Below are positions 10,120-19,936 of a DNA stretch of 64,000 nucleotides, piece after piece (within the stretch, counting starts at the first letter, position 1; the number at the start of each line of letters is the position of its first letter). This stretch comes from a virus (lineage: Duplodnaviria; Caudoviricetes), in the IMG/VR virus record IMGVR_UViG_3300031998_000010. One strand, written 5' to 3'. The position numbers and the translations under genes were made by a program. The notes under the pieces are model-generated. The model searched no databases, was not told the DNA's origin, and saw nothing but the letters and a program-made list of their open reading frames with translations.

Positions 10120-10893
10120 TTATTCCTCAGAATCTTCGTCTTCAGGTTGTTCATATTCATAATCTTCTGCAGGTTCTAATTCTACCAATGTATTTGTATC
10201 AATAGCATAATGTCGTGTTTCTTCAAAGGATACAATTGCATCAACTGGGACATTAGAGCAAGATAAAAAATTATTATCTGCATAAGGAGTAATAACCCAT
10301 TTATTTTCGTCTGCGTCATATCTAAATATTCTGCTATAAGTATAATCTATAGTTTTGAACTTTGTTTTATAAGGCAACATAGGAAAATGTCTTAATTTAT
10401 CTTCCTCATTATCTCTTTCTTTTAATTCTAAACTTTGAAGATATGAACCTCCGTCCCAGCCTTCATACTGCTTGACTACAAATAACCCTTCGGGAGAAAA
10501 AGTTTCTACAATCTCATAAATATAAGTAAAACATCTACTATTATCAAATGCGTGAGCAATATAGAACAGCGTATCTGAATAAAGTATCCAAGTTGTAACG
10601 GTGTGACCATATTCACTAATATTTGTAAAATGTTCGTCGTTTACCTGTAATTCAATACCACTTCTACTATACACATAAGTAATTGTAGTTTTTTCTTCAG
10701 ATTCTTCATCTTCCGCTATTGTCATAATGGTTTTATTTTCAGCAGATTTATATTCAATACTAACCAATGGACAATCTATTTGAGCTAGGATAGCGTCAAA
10801 TAGTTCACTATAACAATAGGGATACCATTCATCATTACCTTCTTCAACTGCAGGAGTTGGTATTATACTTGTTTTTAACCAAATAGCTGGCAT
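10120..10893 (-). CDS. Hypothetical protein, paralog family P3 copy 2
   Basis: LYSDTLF, YEGW, DNNFLSCS, acidic tail. Confidence 0.7.
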   Translation of the reverse strand: MPAIWLKTSIIPTPAVEEGNDEWYPYCYSELFDAILAQIDCPLVSIEYKSAENKTIMTIAEDEESEEKTTITYVYSRSGIELQVNDEHFTNISEYGHTVTTWILYSDTLFYIAHAFDNSRCFTYIYEIVETFSPEGLFVVKQYEGWDGGSYLQSLELKERDNEEDKLRHFPMLPYKTKFKTIDYTYSRIFRYDADENKWVITPYADNNFLSCSNVPVDAIVSFEETRHYAIDTNTLVELEPAEDYEYEQPEDEDSEE

Positions 10894-11561
10894 TATGATT
10901 CTTCTGTCTCCTCTTCAGCTTCGTCCCACATGGCTACTAATATATGTGGACTCATTGAATAATATTCATGCATATTAAAAACAACTACTTGGTCTTCGGT
11001 GACTTCTGTACAAGCGAAGAAATTTGGGTCTACCACAATTTTTGTATCGTTTTGAAATAAAACATCTGAAGTATATAGAATAGTCCCTGGCTCTGTATTG
11101 AAATTTAATCGGGCATTATGAGTATATTGATATCCAGTTTCTTTATCTATAATCGCACCTATCGTACCAAATGAAGTAGTAATATCATTTCTAATCTTTG
11201 TATCCCATTTATATAAATGCATACCACCGACAAGTTCATAAAAGAATCTCCAACTTGCACGAGCATGGTCATAATAACCAGCATTATCAAGAATAGTAAA
11301 CCAAACAAAATCTGGGCTACATACGCAAGTAACAATTGCACCATATGTATTAAGTTCAGACGAAACAGCTGTAGGTTCGTCATTGACATACAGTTCCATC
11401 TGTCGAAGATTACCTTCACCTACGAACTTAAATCGGAACACATCACTTATACAGATAAAACCTTCTTCATCTACAGTTAATAATTCGCAATTCATGCTTT
11501 CAGCGAAATAAATCCAAGCATCCATATCTAGACCGAGTTGTGTTCGCTTAATATCTGCCAT
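10893..11561 (-). CDS. Hypothetical protein, paralog family P3 copy 3
   Basis: KETGYQYTH, YTSDVLF, DPNFFAC, acidic tail. Confidence 0.7.
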   Translation of the reverse strand: MADIKRTQLGLDMDAWIYFAESMNCELLTVDEEGFICISDVFRFKFVGEGNLRQMELYVNDEPTAVSSELNTYGAIVTCVCSPDFVWFTILDNAGYYDHARASWRFFYELVGGMHLYKWDTKIRNDITTSFGTIGAIIDKETGYQYTHNARLNFNTEPGTILYTSDVLFQNDTKIVVDPNFFACTEVTEDQVVVFNMHEYYSMSPHILVAMWDEAEEETEES

Positions 11562-11563
11562 AA

Positions 11564-11923
11564 TTATTCCTCGTCTAAAGGTCGAATTTCTTCAATAACA
11601 GCTTCTTGAATATCAACTTCCAAAGAAGCCAAGCCAATACCACTATAAGCTCTTAATTTTTCTGTCAAAACATCAAGAGCTGTCTGAACATTCGTGGCAT
11701 CAAGTTCACTTGTAGTATTATCATAACTAACTTCAGAGGCTCTAACTTTTTTGCCACCACCGCCTCCACCTCCTGAAGTTCCGAGGTAATCGGCTAATTC
11801 ATTAAGAGTAACACTACGGGTGATATACTTATTGTTGGCTTTTTGCTCAAGAACGAATACATCTTCACCTTCAAGATTAGTTGTTAAACCTATTTTATTT
11901 ATTTGTACTTTATCATTTGGCAT
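11564..11923 (-). CDS. Small structural protein, paralog pair P2 copy 1
   Basis: EDVFV.E.K..NKYIT.SVTL, poly-Gly linker, EVSYDN..SELDATNVQ. Confidence 0.7.
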   Translation of the reverse strand: MPNDKVQINKIGLTTNLEGEDVFVLEQKANNKYITRSVTLNELADYLGTSGGGGGGGKKVRASEVSYDNTTSELDATNVQTALDVLTEKLRAYSGIGLASLEVDIQEAVIEEIRPLDEE

Positions 11924-11942
11924 TTGAATTTATCCTTATATT

Positions 11943-12242
11943 TTACTCATCACTAACTTCTTTTAATTTTTCAGCTAATTCATCAATCGCCTTCTGGACA
12001 TCAGTGGCATCTAATTCACTAATAGCGTTAGAATAGCTGACCTCACGTGCTTTAATATCAGTAGGTTTTCCGCCACCTCCGCTTTGACTAGAAGCGTCAA
12101 GATATTCGTACAACTGCTGTAGAGTGACACTATAAGTTATGTATTTGTTTTCTACTTTTTTCTCAAATACAAATACATCTTCATCGCCAACACTTGCAGT
12201 TCTTCCAATCCTATGTATCGGAACTTTATTATATTTTGCCAT
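11943..12242 (-). CDS. Small structural protein, paralog pair P2 copy 2
   Basis: Same motifs as 11564..11923; first gene after a motif-B promoter. Confidence 0.7.
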   Translation of the reverse strand: MAKYNKVPIHRIGRTASVGDEDVFVFEKKVENKYITYSVTLQQLYEYLDASSQSGGGGKPTDIKAREVSYSNAISELDATDVQKAIDELAEKLKEVSDE

Positions 12243-12281
12243 GCAGTGTCACTCCTCTAACTATCCTTTCTGTATAAATTA

Positions 12282-12290
12282 TACAAGGTT
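12282..12290 (-). promoter_or_regulatory. Motif B (AACCTTGTATAAT), putative late promoter
   Basis: Identical core to the 9275 copy; follows a terminator. Confidence 0.65.
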
Positions 12291-12295
12291 TAAAA

Positions 12296-12330
12296 TAGCC
12301 GCCACCTGAATGAGAAAAGAGGTGGCGGCC
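12296..12330 (-). terminator. Intrinsic terminator
   Basis: GCCGCCACCT/AGGTGGCGGC stem then TATTTT. Confidence 0.75.
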
Positions 12331-12361
12331 GGAGGTATGAACTATAGCCCAAGCAAAGCTA

Positions 12362-12517
12362 TTAGTTGGTTGAATTTAATTTTTCGTGTTCACGAAAATA
12401 TCGTTGAGAATCATTGCTGGTAGGTTCTACTTCTCTAGGTCGCATCTTAATCATAGTTGAATTTGGCTGCACTAGAGTTACATCTTCTGTGGCTATCACT
12501 ATTTTATTATCTTCCAT
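12362..12517 (-). CDS. Small hypothetical protein (MEDNK..., 51 aa)
   Basis: GAGGAGG RBS before ATG at 12517. Confidence 0.55.
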   Translation of the reverse strand: MEDNKIVIATEDVTLVQPNSTMIKMRPREVEPTSNDSQRYFREHEKLNSTN

Positions 12518-12641
12518 AATTTCCTCCTCAAAAGAATATGAATGGCAAATAATCAAGACATAAGATTACTACTCCGCATAGGGCAATAAGTAATATTATA
12601 AATGCAAATATTTCTGAAAAGAATTCATTCATAATTTTGCT

Positions 12642-12815
12642 TTATTCCCACTTTTTTGCTAATCCTGCTTGAAATCCTTTGTAGTAATCATCAGGAATTT
12701 CTGTAGGCTGAGAATCAATAACAAGTAATGCTTCTTCAATAGAATGGCATTTTGAAATTGCAATCTTAACTTTATCTCGACTAATCAAATCACCTTTGAG
12801 ATTGGTCTCTGTCAT
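12642..12815 (-). CDS. Small hypothetical protein (MTETNLKG...)
   Basis: GAGGAG RBS; DLISR motif common in small phage proteins. Confidence 0.55.
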   Translation of the reverse strand: MTETNLKGDLISRDKVKIAISKCHSIEEALLVIDSQPTEIPDDYYKGFQAGLAKKWE

Positions 12816-13134
12816 ATGTTTTCTCCTCGTCTTCAAGTTCAGCAAGCTGTTCTTCTATATGTTCTTTCCAGCTATTGAAAGCTACTTTGTCTAACATGAA
12901 ATCGTTGTCCATTTCATCTAAATATCCTTTTGCTAAAAGAATAAAACAAAGTTTGGCTACTAAATCTTGTTCAACATCTTCATACTTAGACTTCAAATCA
13001 GAGTCAGATATGCGAATTCCTTTAACTCCAATCTGGCCTATCATTTTTATCAAGAATGCAGTCAAAACAATAAAGGAAATTAATGTTCCAATAACACAAC
13101 CTCCTAAGAATACTTGCCAAGGTTCTAGATACAT
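12790..13134 (-). CDS. Hypothetical membrane protein (start revised to MYLEPW)
   Basis: AAAGGAG RBS; N-terminal hydrophobic helix; the ORF-track extension overlaps tRNA-Gln. Confidence 0.65.
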   Translation of the reverse strand: MYLEPWQVFLGGCVIGTLISFIVLTAFLIKMIGQIGVKGIRISDSDLKSKYEDVEQDLVAKLCFILLAKGYLDEMDNDFMLDKVAFNSWKEHIEEQLAELEDEEKTYDRDQSQR

Positions 13135-13157
13135 CTGAACTCCTTTGAAATATGTAT

Positions 13158-13232
13158 TGGTTGAGGATGCAGGAGTTGAACCTGCCCCTACGGTGTCAAA
13201 GACCGCTGTACGAACCGATATACGAATCCTCA
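13158..13232 (-). tRNA. tRNA-Gln(TTG)
   Basis: TGAGGAT/ATCCTCA acceptor, GCGGT-CTTTGAC-ACCGT anticodon arm, GCAGG-TTCAACT-CCTGC T arm, encoded ACCA. Confidence 0.92.
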
Positions 13233-13270
13233 ATATCTAGAAAGGTTATCATTAACCTTTCTCAATAGAA

Positions 13271-13278
13271 TAACGATT
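13271..13278 (-). promoter_or_regulatory. Motif A (AATCGTTA), putative early/middle promoter for tRNA-Gln
   Basis: Recurs at about 15 gene boundaries. Confidence 0.6.
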
Positions 13279-13888
13279 AAGAATTTGGTAACTTTATCTT
13301 GCCGAAAGCCATCTTGTAAATTTCCATTCCATTTGATAACTTTCTTGTATAGTGTAAGTTATCATTAGCAATTTCCATGTCCTTGAAAACATGAGCTTCT
13401 TGTAATATTTCAGGTTCAATAATATACTTGCTTGAGAAGTTATTTCTTATTAATCCTTCGAGGGCTCCACTAGCTTCAATCCAACCATGCTTCAGAGTCC
13501 AACCAAGCTGTTGCTTAAGGGCATCACTTGCACGAAGTTTCTTTGTCTTCCTTTCTTCTTCGTCATCAATACCATAGTATCTATTATTTCCGGCACCAAC
13601 TAACTTGATACCAAACTTCTGCTTAAATACACTCACAGTATATACTTTTGAGATGTCAAAATCATCCATATTCTCAAGCTTGCCGTCATATGTAATATAC
13701 CATAAAAAGGAATTATCGATGAAATCATATTCATCATCAAATGAGTGGAAACCTCCAATATACTTATAAGCAGTATTTAAGAATTCAAATGTATCGGAAC
13801 TCAGCATCTGCTTAATCTTCCTATCAGTAATGAGATGATGTGATGCAGTGATTGCTGTAGAATTAGGACTTACTCTGTAGATTTTCAT
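13277..13888 (-). CDS. Hypothetical protein with basic leader ending ITAS (putative internal virion protein)
   Basis: MKIYRVSPNSTAITAS. Confidence 0.6.
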   Translation of the reverse strand: MKIYRVSPNSTAITASHHLITDRKIKQMLSSDTFEFLNTAYKYIGGFHSFDDEYDFIDNSFLWYITYDGKLENMDDFDISKVYTVSVFKQKFGIKLVGAGNNRYYGIDDEEERKTKKLRASDALKQQLGWTLKHGWIEASGALEGLIRNNFSSKYIIEPEILQEAHVFKDMEIANDNLHYTRKLSNGMEIYKMAFGKIKLPNS

Positions 13889-14406
13889 TTTAACTGCTCC
13901 TTAAACCAAAGTTCGTACTGTTCTCCGCTAAGTGAATGTCCACCATTAATTATAGTAATTCTATTATGCGAAGGATTCAATGTATTCAAGGTTTTCTGGA
14001 TATCAAGTACTTCGTCGGAATCACCTAGAAGTAAGCTATAATTAAAGTTAGTACCTGAATATCTTGTCCAAATACTTCTTAAATCATCAGTAAACATATA
14101 ATCTGAAACTAATTCAGGAATATATTCATAAGGAGGAATACACGGATTAACCAATAAGGTCTTAGCTCCCAATGCTGCACCATAAACATAAGCAAAAAAT
14201 CCACCAAAGGAATTTCCTACAATTATATCAGGTTTAGTACATTCGTGAATTAAATTGAGCAAGAGGACTGACGGTGATATATTCTCGTAATCAATCTGAG
14301 GAGATATGATTTCTACATCATCTCTGTCTTTGAAGTACTCTACTAATGTGTTGTAATTAGTATTGTGACTTGAACCGTTAAGTCCGTGAAGATTGAGGAT
14401 TTTCAT
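13885..14406 (-). CDS. YqiA/YcfP-like alpha/beta hydrolase (esterase)
   Basis: LHGLNGS, nucleophile elbow GNSFGG, LVNP, DEVL, GGHS. Confidence 0.85.
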   Translation of the reverse strand: MKILNLHGLNGSSHNTNYNTLVEYFKDRDDVEIISPQIDYENISPSVLLLNLIHECTKPDIIVGNSFGGFFAYVYGAALGAKTLLVNPCIPPYEYIPELVSDYMFTDDLRSIWTRYSGTNFNYSLLLGDSDEVLDIQKTLNTLNPSHNRITIINGGHSLSGEQYELWFKEQLK

Positions 14407-14430
14407 ATTTGTCACCTCCTTGGTCGCTTA

Positions 14431-14646
14431 CTATAACGATTCTTGTTTTACTTCTTTGCTTTCTCCTCTTCCACAAACATGTTCACCTCGATGAATTCCT
14501 ATCACAGATTCAACATTTACACAGTAGTAGTTATCATGTCTTGCATCAACAGGCAAAGAGTGCTTGCAAGATTTGCAAGGCACTCCTTCCGGTATGTAAT
14601 CTATCATCTTAGGTCGTCTTTTTTGTTCTTCGTCTTCTCTACTCAT
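14431..14646 (-). CDS. Small Cys-containing hypothetical protein
   Basis: 71 aa with CKSCKH. Confidence 0.5.
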   Translation of the reverse strand: MSREDEEQKRRPKMIDYIPEGVPCKSCKHSLPVDARHDNYYCVNVESVIGIHRGEHVCGRGESKEVKQESL

Positions 14647-14647
14647 A

Positions 14648-15568
14648 TCACAATGTAGCTACTCTGTTAAAAATCTGATTAAGTGCAATAGATAAGAAAG
14701 TTGTATTGACAAACATTGCATCTGCAGAAGATTTTCTTTGTCCCTGATGATGAGTGAGATAGTCTGCTGCACCATTGATTGCACCCCAAGCAGTTCCCTT
14801 AAAATTCTGATTATCCTCTGAGTTGTAGCAACTGATAAATTCTGCTCTATTCATATCAAAATTAGTTACCTGACGATTTGTCATCTTTTCGGGGTCATAC
14901 TTGAATACATCATTAAAAATCTTAATCAGCTGGTCCTGTGTAATCTTCTTAGTTGCAAGCTCAGTTGCTGTATCTTCGAATGTAGACATATAAGAAGCAA
15001 CTTCCTGCATCATATTCCTTGCAGTCATCAATCTTGTATCCATCTGAGAAGAATGCACAATTCTAACTGTATTAGAAGCTTCTCTAAAAGCAATATTGAA
15101 CTGATTCTGACAAACAATTCTCAGAGGAGAAATAGTAGCTTTTACTGAATTCATACCATCGTGAGAATTCTGGAAGATGATATAAGGAGTAACTGTGTCT
15201 CCCATAAGAGTTATATCAGGAATCTTGGAAATGATGTAGACAAGACCACTGCTGCTTCCATTAGAAATTTCTCCGGCCTTGACATATTCAAAACCCTCAT
15301 TATCATTTCCAATGTAATCTATGAAGTTGAAAGCGTCACGATTCTGACAAATTTCATACTTAGAAGAAACTACACCAAATACATTGCCTGTAGATTCATT
15401 AACTGTAAGAACCTTATCAGGATAATCATAGAATGTACCGTCATCACCCTGATACTTGATGCTCTTCTTGATTACATTGTAGTTAAGTCCTGCCTTATTG
15501 AGGACTTCTTCAGAAGAATTACAAGATGAAATATCTGTTCCAATGTTTGCAAATGTTGATGTTCTCAT
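14648..15568 (-). CDS. DUF932/DUF945 family phage protein
   Basis: GVVSSKYEICQN..AF, NSHDG, PLRIVCQN, GTAWGAINGAADY. Confidence 0.85.
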   Translation of the reverse strand: MRTSTFANIGTDISSCNSSEEVLNKAGLNYNVIKKSIKYQGDDGTFYDYPDKVLTVNESTGNVFGVVSSKYEICQNRDAFNFIDYIGNDNEGFEYVKAGEISNGSSSGLVYIISKIPDITLMGDTVTPYIIFQNSHDGMNSVKATISPLRIVCQNQFNIAFREASNTVRIVHSSQMDTRLMTARNMMQEVASYMSTFEDTATELATKKITQDQLIKIFNDVFKYDPEKMTNRQVTNFDMNRAEFISCYNSEDNQNFKGTAWGAINGAADYLTHHQGQRKSSADAMFVNTTFLSIALNQIFNRVATL

Positions 15569-15622
15569 GATTGATACCTCCGGTATTTTGATATGCAATA
15601 TAACGATTTAAACTAGTGTAAA

Positions 15623-16090
15623 TCAAATAGAGGACTTATCTTCCGGGATGACTTCATTCTTATCATTTCCGGCATTTTCAGCTTCAGCAGATGCATTAGC
15701 TTGCTGTAAAGAAACAAATAAAGCATGAGCAGCAGTAAGTATATTTGCAGTAAATGTTTCTAAATCAAATCCATTATCAGGATTGATAGAACTAAAAAGC
15801 AGTTTAGCTGCCTCATCAATGATATCACTAACTTTAGTGCCATCTTGAATTTCTATATCTTTGTCTTTGTCTACATTTAAAATAACTTCTACTAAATCTC
15901 TATTTGCATATTTACAAGCGAGTGTGACACATTGATAGAGTGATAACAAATTTCCTGTCATCTGAAAATTAGACAACTCAATCATGGCCTGTCTGCCTGC
16001 AGCCTTTCTATCGTCTTTGACGAATTCTCCCTTATCATCCTGAGATACATCAGGCATAAAAGGAACAAACATGTCGTAATAAAGTTTCAT
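15623..16090 (-). CDS. Hypothetical protein
   Basis: 155 aa, AGGAGG RBS. Confidence 0.65.
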   Translation of the reverse strand: MKLYYDMFVPFMPDVSQDDKGEFVKDDRKAAGRQAMIELSNFQMTGNLLSLYQCVTLACKYANRDLVEVILNVDKDKDIEIQDGTKVSDIIDEAAKLLFSSINPDNGFDLETFTANILTAAHALFVSLQQANASAEAENAGNDKNEVIPEDKSSI

Positions 16091-16110
16091 TTTTATATCC
16101 TCCTAATTTT

Positions 16111-17928
16111 TTAATTTTTACCAAATAAAATATCAAACAATTCTGGATGCTGTTTAAATGATAATTGATTATCGACTATGAATTTTGATATACCATCTTT
16201 GTCTTGAATCAGTTTATACACTTTTTCATCAACAGTGTCCTTAGTAATGATGCTGTATACATTTACAGTAGAAGTAGTTCCGGTTCGATGACATCTATCC
16301 TCAGCTTGCTCCATTGTAGCAGGATTCCAAGGTAAATCATAGAAGATTACATTGTTGGCTACTGTAAGGGTATGTGATACTCCTAATGCACCAACTGTTC
16401 CTATAAGAATAGGGCAACTTGGGTCATTAATGAATTTCTGTTTATCTTGTTCTCTAACAGACTGTTCCATTGTTCCTGTATAACAACATACTTTATAATC
16501 TTTTGCTAGGAATCTATAAATTGTCCTTAGCGATTCAACCCAGTTAGAGAATATGACAACTTTCTCTCCATTTGCTATGATGTTGTTAACTAAATCTAGC
16601 AATCGAGCCATCTTAGAATTTTTAGTGAGATAAGATTTGTCTACTTTAAGGCCTTGGTCTACTAATTCAGGACTACCATTTACCTGCCTAAGTTTAAGCA
16701 TCTTAACCATTGGATTCTTTGACGATAAGATATCATCTCTATGATTGATTGTGTCAGTTAGAATCTTTTTGTAGAGCTTATCCTGATATGCTGTATTTTC
16801 TACATATTCTATAGTATGTAATTTTGGAGGCAAGTCTAATACTTCTGATTTCAATCTTCTTAGCATATTGCCTTGAAGCATCTGCTTTAGTTGAGGAATA
16901 TTCTTATATCCTATTATATCTCCAAAATTTCCATAAATACAGAAATTATCTCTCCAATTGTAGTAACTATTAAATGTATGGCCGTCAATTAATTTGAGAG
17001 GTGTAAATACATCAGTAGGTTTATTGACGATAGGCGTGCCTGTCATAGGCAACCATTCTACTTTAGCAGTACAGTCTTTCTTTAACTTAAGTATCTGCTT
17101 GCCCTGCTTGCTGAGCGGACTGCAGTTTTTGTGGACTTCGTCTAGTATCACCATTCCAATATAACCCTTATTCAAAAGAGTAGTCAATCTTTCTCTAAAT
17201 AAGTAATGTCTATCTTTCCTATAATGAAATGCTTCAATGTTTACAACTAAGAAGAAAGGTAAAAGAGGTTGGTCTTTCTTGCCATACATATGACCGCACA
17301 TCAGGTCTTGTAACTTTTCAGCTCCGCCTCCATCTGTTCTCACTGTACCGTCTCTTTTCAATCTAGAACCTAGAATGTAAGGGCTATATTCGCCATTAGT
17401 ATGTTTCTCAATATCAGCTACCCAGTTATACTTTGCAGAATTGACACATGCTATGATAAGGCAGTGTTTGATTTTATTTACTTTCTTATTGTATAATGCA
17501 AGATTCAATCCTTCAAGCGTCTTGCCCAAGCCCTGCTCATCTGCTAATAAGAAACCACTATAAAGACCTCTTTTCTGTCGGTCAATAGCAAATTTCATAA
17601 AATCTTTTTGATGTTGAAATACATTACTGCCTTCTTGAACATATAATTGTACTTTTGAAATATCAACATCAGGAATATTATTCTGACTTGTGGAATCTAG
17701 CGAAGCATTTTCATACAGATGCTCTGCAGAATATATTTTAAGTTGGTCTGAATACGGACTATTTTTAAATTGTTCAATCAAGAAACCTAATCTGTCAACA
17801 GGAATAGTCCAGTATTTTTGTTCCGGAACATATTGTCGTCCCGGAACATTTTTAACTAACTGAATTACCTCAGGATTATAACTAAACCTGATTTCGTAAA
17901 TATCCTGTTTCTGAACTACTGTAATCAT
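16111..17928 (-). CDS. SNF2-family helicase with HARP-like N-terminus
   Basis: LADEQGLGKT, DEVH, MTGTP, QAEDRCHRTG; N-terminal F.Y...I..VK..PGR.Y....K.W. Confidence 0.9.
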   Translation of the reverse strand: MITVVQKQDIYEIRFSYNPEVIQLVKNVPGRQYVPEQKYWTIPVDRLGFLIEQFKNSPYSDQLKIYSAEHLYENASLDSTSQNNIPDVDISKVQLYVQEGSNVFQHQKDFMKFAIDRQKRGLYSGFLLADEQGLGKTLEGLNLALYNKKVNKIKHCLIIACVNSAKYNWVADIEKHTNGEYSPYILGSRLKRDGTVRTDGGGAEKLQDLMCGHMYGKKDQPLLPFFLVVNIEAFHYRKDRHYLFRERLTTLLNKGYIGMVILDEVHKNCSPLSKQGKQILKLKKDCTAKVEWLPMTGTPIVNKPTDVFTPLKLIDGHTFNSYYNWRDNFCIYGNFGDIIGYKNIPQLKQMLQGNMLRRLKSEVLDLPPKLHTIEYVENTAYQDKLYKKILTDTINHRDDILSSKNPMVKMLKLRQVNGSPELVDQGLKVDKSYLTKNSKMARLLDLVNNIIANGEKVVIFSNWVESLRTIYRFLAKDYKVCCYTGTMEQSVREQDKQKFINDPSCPILIGTVGALGVSHTLTVANNVIFYDLPWNPATMEQAEDRCHRTGTTSTVNVYSIITKDTVDEKVYKLIQDKDGISKFIVDNQLSFKQHPELFDILFGKN

Positions 17929-19163
17929 TAGCCGTAAAGATACTTTTTCTGCTTTTCTGTCAATTCGTCTATTGTCTTATTGAGTGCCTTCAATTTGAGT
18001 CTTGCTACTCTATCGTCAATTTCATCAGGAACATTCATCAATGTTGTAAGAATATTGCCTTCATGCTTAACAAGGAATTCTGCAGAAAGCGCCTGAATTG
18101 CAAAACTCATATCCATTATTTCTGCTGGATGCCCATCTCCACAAGCAAGATTTACTAATCTGCCCTCTCCAAGGACATATACTGTCTTACCAGAAGGAAG
18201 ATTATATCCTACAATATTATTTCTTGCTTCAAATTTGCTTGTAGCAATTTCTTCAATCTGAGACATCTCCACTTCACAATCAAAGTGACCTGCATTGCAA
18301 AGGATAACACCTTCCTTCATATTGAGGAAGTGTTCTTTTGTAATAACATCGCAACAACCTGTAACTGTGATAAAGAAATCACCTAACTTACAAGCTTCCG
18401 ACATTGGCATTACATCAAATCCATCCATGATAGCTTCACAAGCTTTTACAGGGTCAACTTCTGTTACTATTACCTGAGCTCCAAGCCCCTTTGCTCTCAT
18501 TGCTACACCCTTGCCACACCATCCGTAGCCAGCTACTACAGCTGTCTTTCCGGCTACAATGAGGTTTGTTGTTCTATTGATGCCATCCCAAACTGACTGG
18601 CCTGTACCATAACGATTATCGAAGAAATGCTTCATCTTTGCATTATTGACCTTAATCATAGGGAACCTGAGTTCGTCTGCTTTATACATCTGCTCAAGAC
18701 GTAAGATACCTGTTGTAGTTTCTTCACACCCTCCGATGACATTAGGAAGTAAATGAGGGTACTTTGTATGAATTAAAGTTACAAGGTCTCCGCCGTCATC
18801 AATAATGATATTAGGGCCAATTTTGATAACCTGCTCAATATCAGTTTCATACTGTTCGGGAGATGCTCCATGATGAGCAAACACTTCCATTCCTGATTTA
18901 ACAAGAGCTGCTGCAATATCATCTTGAGTAGATAATGGATTAGAACCTGTTACATACATTTCAGCTCCGCCTGCTTTGAGTACTTTACATAAGTAAGCAG
19001 TTTTTGCTTCAAGGTGAACTGAAAGGGCTACTTTCAAATTTGCAAAGGGCTTTGTCTCCTCAAATTCGTTTTCAAGTTGTCTGAGTAAATCACAATGATT
19101 CTTAACCCATTCAATCTTCTGTTCTCCACTCTTGTACAAGTTAATGTCTGTAATTTCTGACAT
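17928..19163 (-). CDS. ahcY: Adenosylhomocysteinase (SAH hydrolase)
   Basis: HLEAKTA, SNPLSTQD, DDGGDL, EETTTG, KHFFDNRYGTGQS, GYGWCGKG, NAGHFD, EGRLVNL, GHPAEIMDMSF. Confidence 0.96.
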   Translation of the reverse strand: MSEITDINLYKSGEQKIEWVKNHCDLLRQLENEFEETKPFANLKVALSVHLEAKTAYLCKVLKAGGAEMYVTGSNPLSTQDDIAAALVKSGMEVFAHHGASPEQYETDIEQVIKIGPNIIIDDGGDLVTLIHTKYPHLLPNVIGGCEETTTGILRLEQMYKADELRFPMIKVNNAKMKHFFDNRYGTGQSVWDGINRTTNLIVAGKTAVVAGYGWCGKGVAMRAKGLGAQVIVTEVDPVKACEAIMDGFDVMPMSEACKLGDFFITVTGCCDVITKEHFLNMKEGVILCNAGHFDCEVEMSQIEEIATSKFEARNNIVGYNLPSGKTVYVLGEGRLVNLACGDGHPAEIMDMSFAIQALSAEFLVKHEGNILTTLMNVPDEIDDRVARLKLKALNKTIDELTEKQKKYLYG

Positions 19164-19282
19164 CTTTAACCTCCGTTGATATTTATATTTGTATCTTTTT
19201 ATCGCTTTAAGTATCTCTTATTTGACCTAATTTTTCTTACTTATCTTATTATAATATAAATCGCTTAAAGATGCAAAATAGT

Positions 19283-19936
19283 TTACCATATGAATTTGTG
19301 ATTGAACATCTCACCATTATCAATTATTATATCTTGAGCAGTGCAGCTCTTATTTACTGTAGCAAGGAAATATATCCAATCTGCAGCTTCTGTAGATGTT
19401 GCCCACTTCTGTAAAGGTGTCATAGACATAATTTTATTCCACTTTTTCATGTCATTCATGACATCCCAATTTACAGGAGAAATAACTCCTCCAAAGCTAA
19501 TACTATTGCAAGTAGCTCCATATTTTGCTATCTCTTTTGCTGTATATCTTGTATAAGCGATAACTCCGCCTTTACTTGCTACATATTCACCAAAATCAGC
19601 ACCTGTGGTTCCTGATGCTGCTGCTTGATTAATAACTGCTCTAATTGCAGAATTCTTAAGTGCATATTTCTCAGTACACCTTATAAGACCTCGAAGATTG
19701 ACTTCCATATCATTTTCGGTGCCTTGAACTCCAGCGTTATTAATTAATACATGAATGTCATCAACCTGGTCAGGGAGTTTGTCTTTTGATATGTCACATA
19801 CATAATGATAATACTTGGGGTCATCTATAGAAGATTCTGCAATATCAATACCCCAAACTTTATGACCTTCAGATAGAAACTTAATTGCAGCCTCTCTGCC
19901 CATTCCTCTTGAGCTACCTGTTATCATCACATTCAT
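19283..19936 (-). CDS. Short-chain dehydrogenase/reductase
   Basis: TGSSRGMG, LINNAG, YVASK. Confidence 0.9.
   Translation of the reverse strand: MNVMITGSSRGMGREAAIKFLSEGHKVWGIDIAESSIDDPKYYHYVCDISKDKLPDQVDDIHVLINNAGVQGTENDMEVNLRGLIRCTEKYALKNSAIRAVINQAAASGTTGADFGEYVASKGGVIAYTRYTAKEIAKYGATCNSISFGGVISPVNWDVMNDMKKWNKIMSMTPLQKWATSTEAADWIYFLATVNKSCTAQDIIIDNGEMFNHKFIW

Noticed and set aside
1-12242. Diversity-generating retroelement acting on the fibres
   Set aside because: No reverse transcriptase and no near-identical template/variable repeat pair seen in the window
12530-12640. Possible structured RNA (TATGAATG/CATTCATA and ATTACT/AGTAAT stems)
   Set aside because: Short AT-rich stems could arise by chance; no independent support
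13135-13233. N-terminal extension of ORF 12790..13233
   Set aside because: Overlaps tRNA-Gln; a good RBS precedes ATG at 13134
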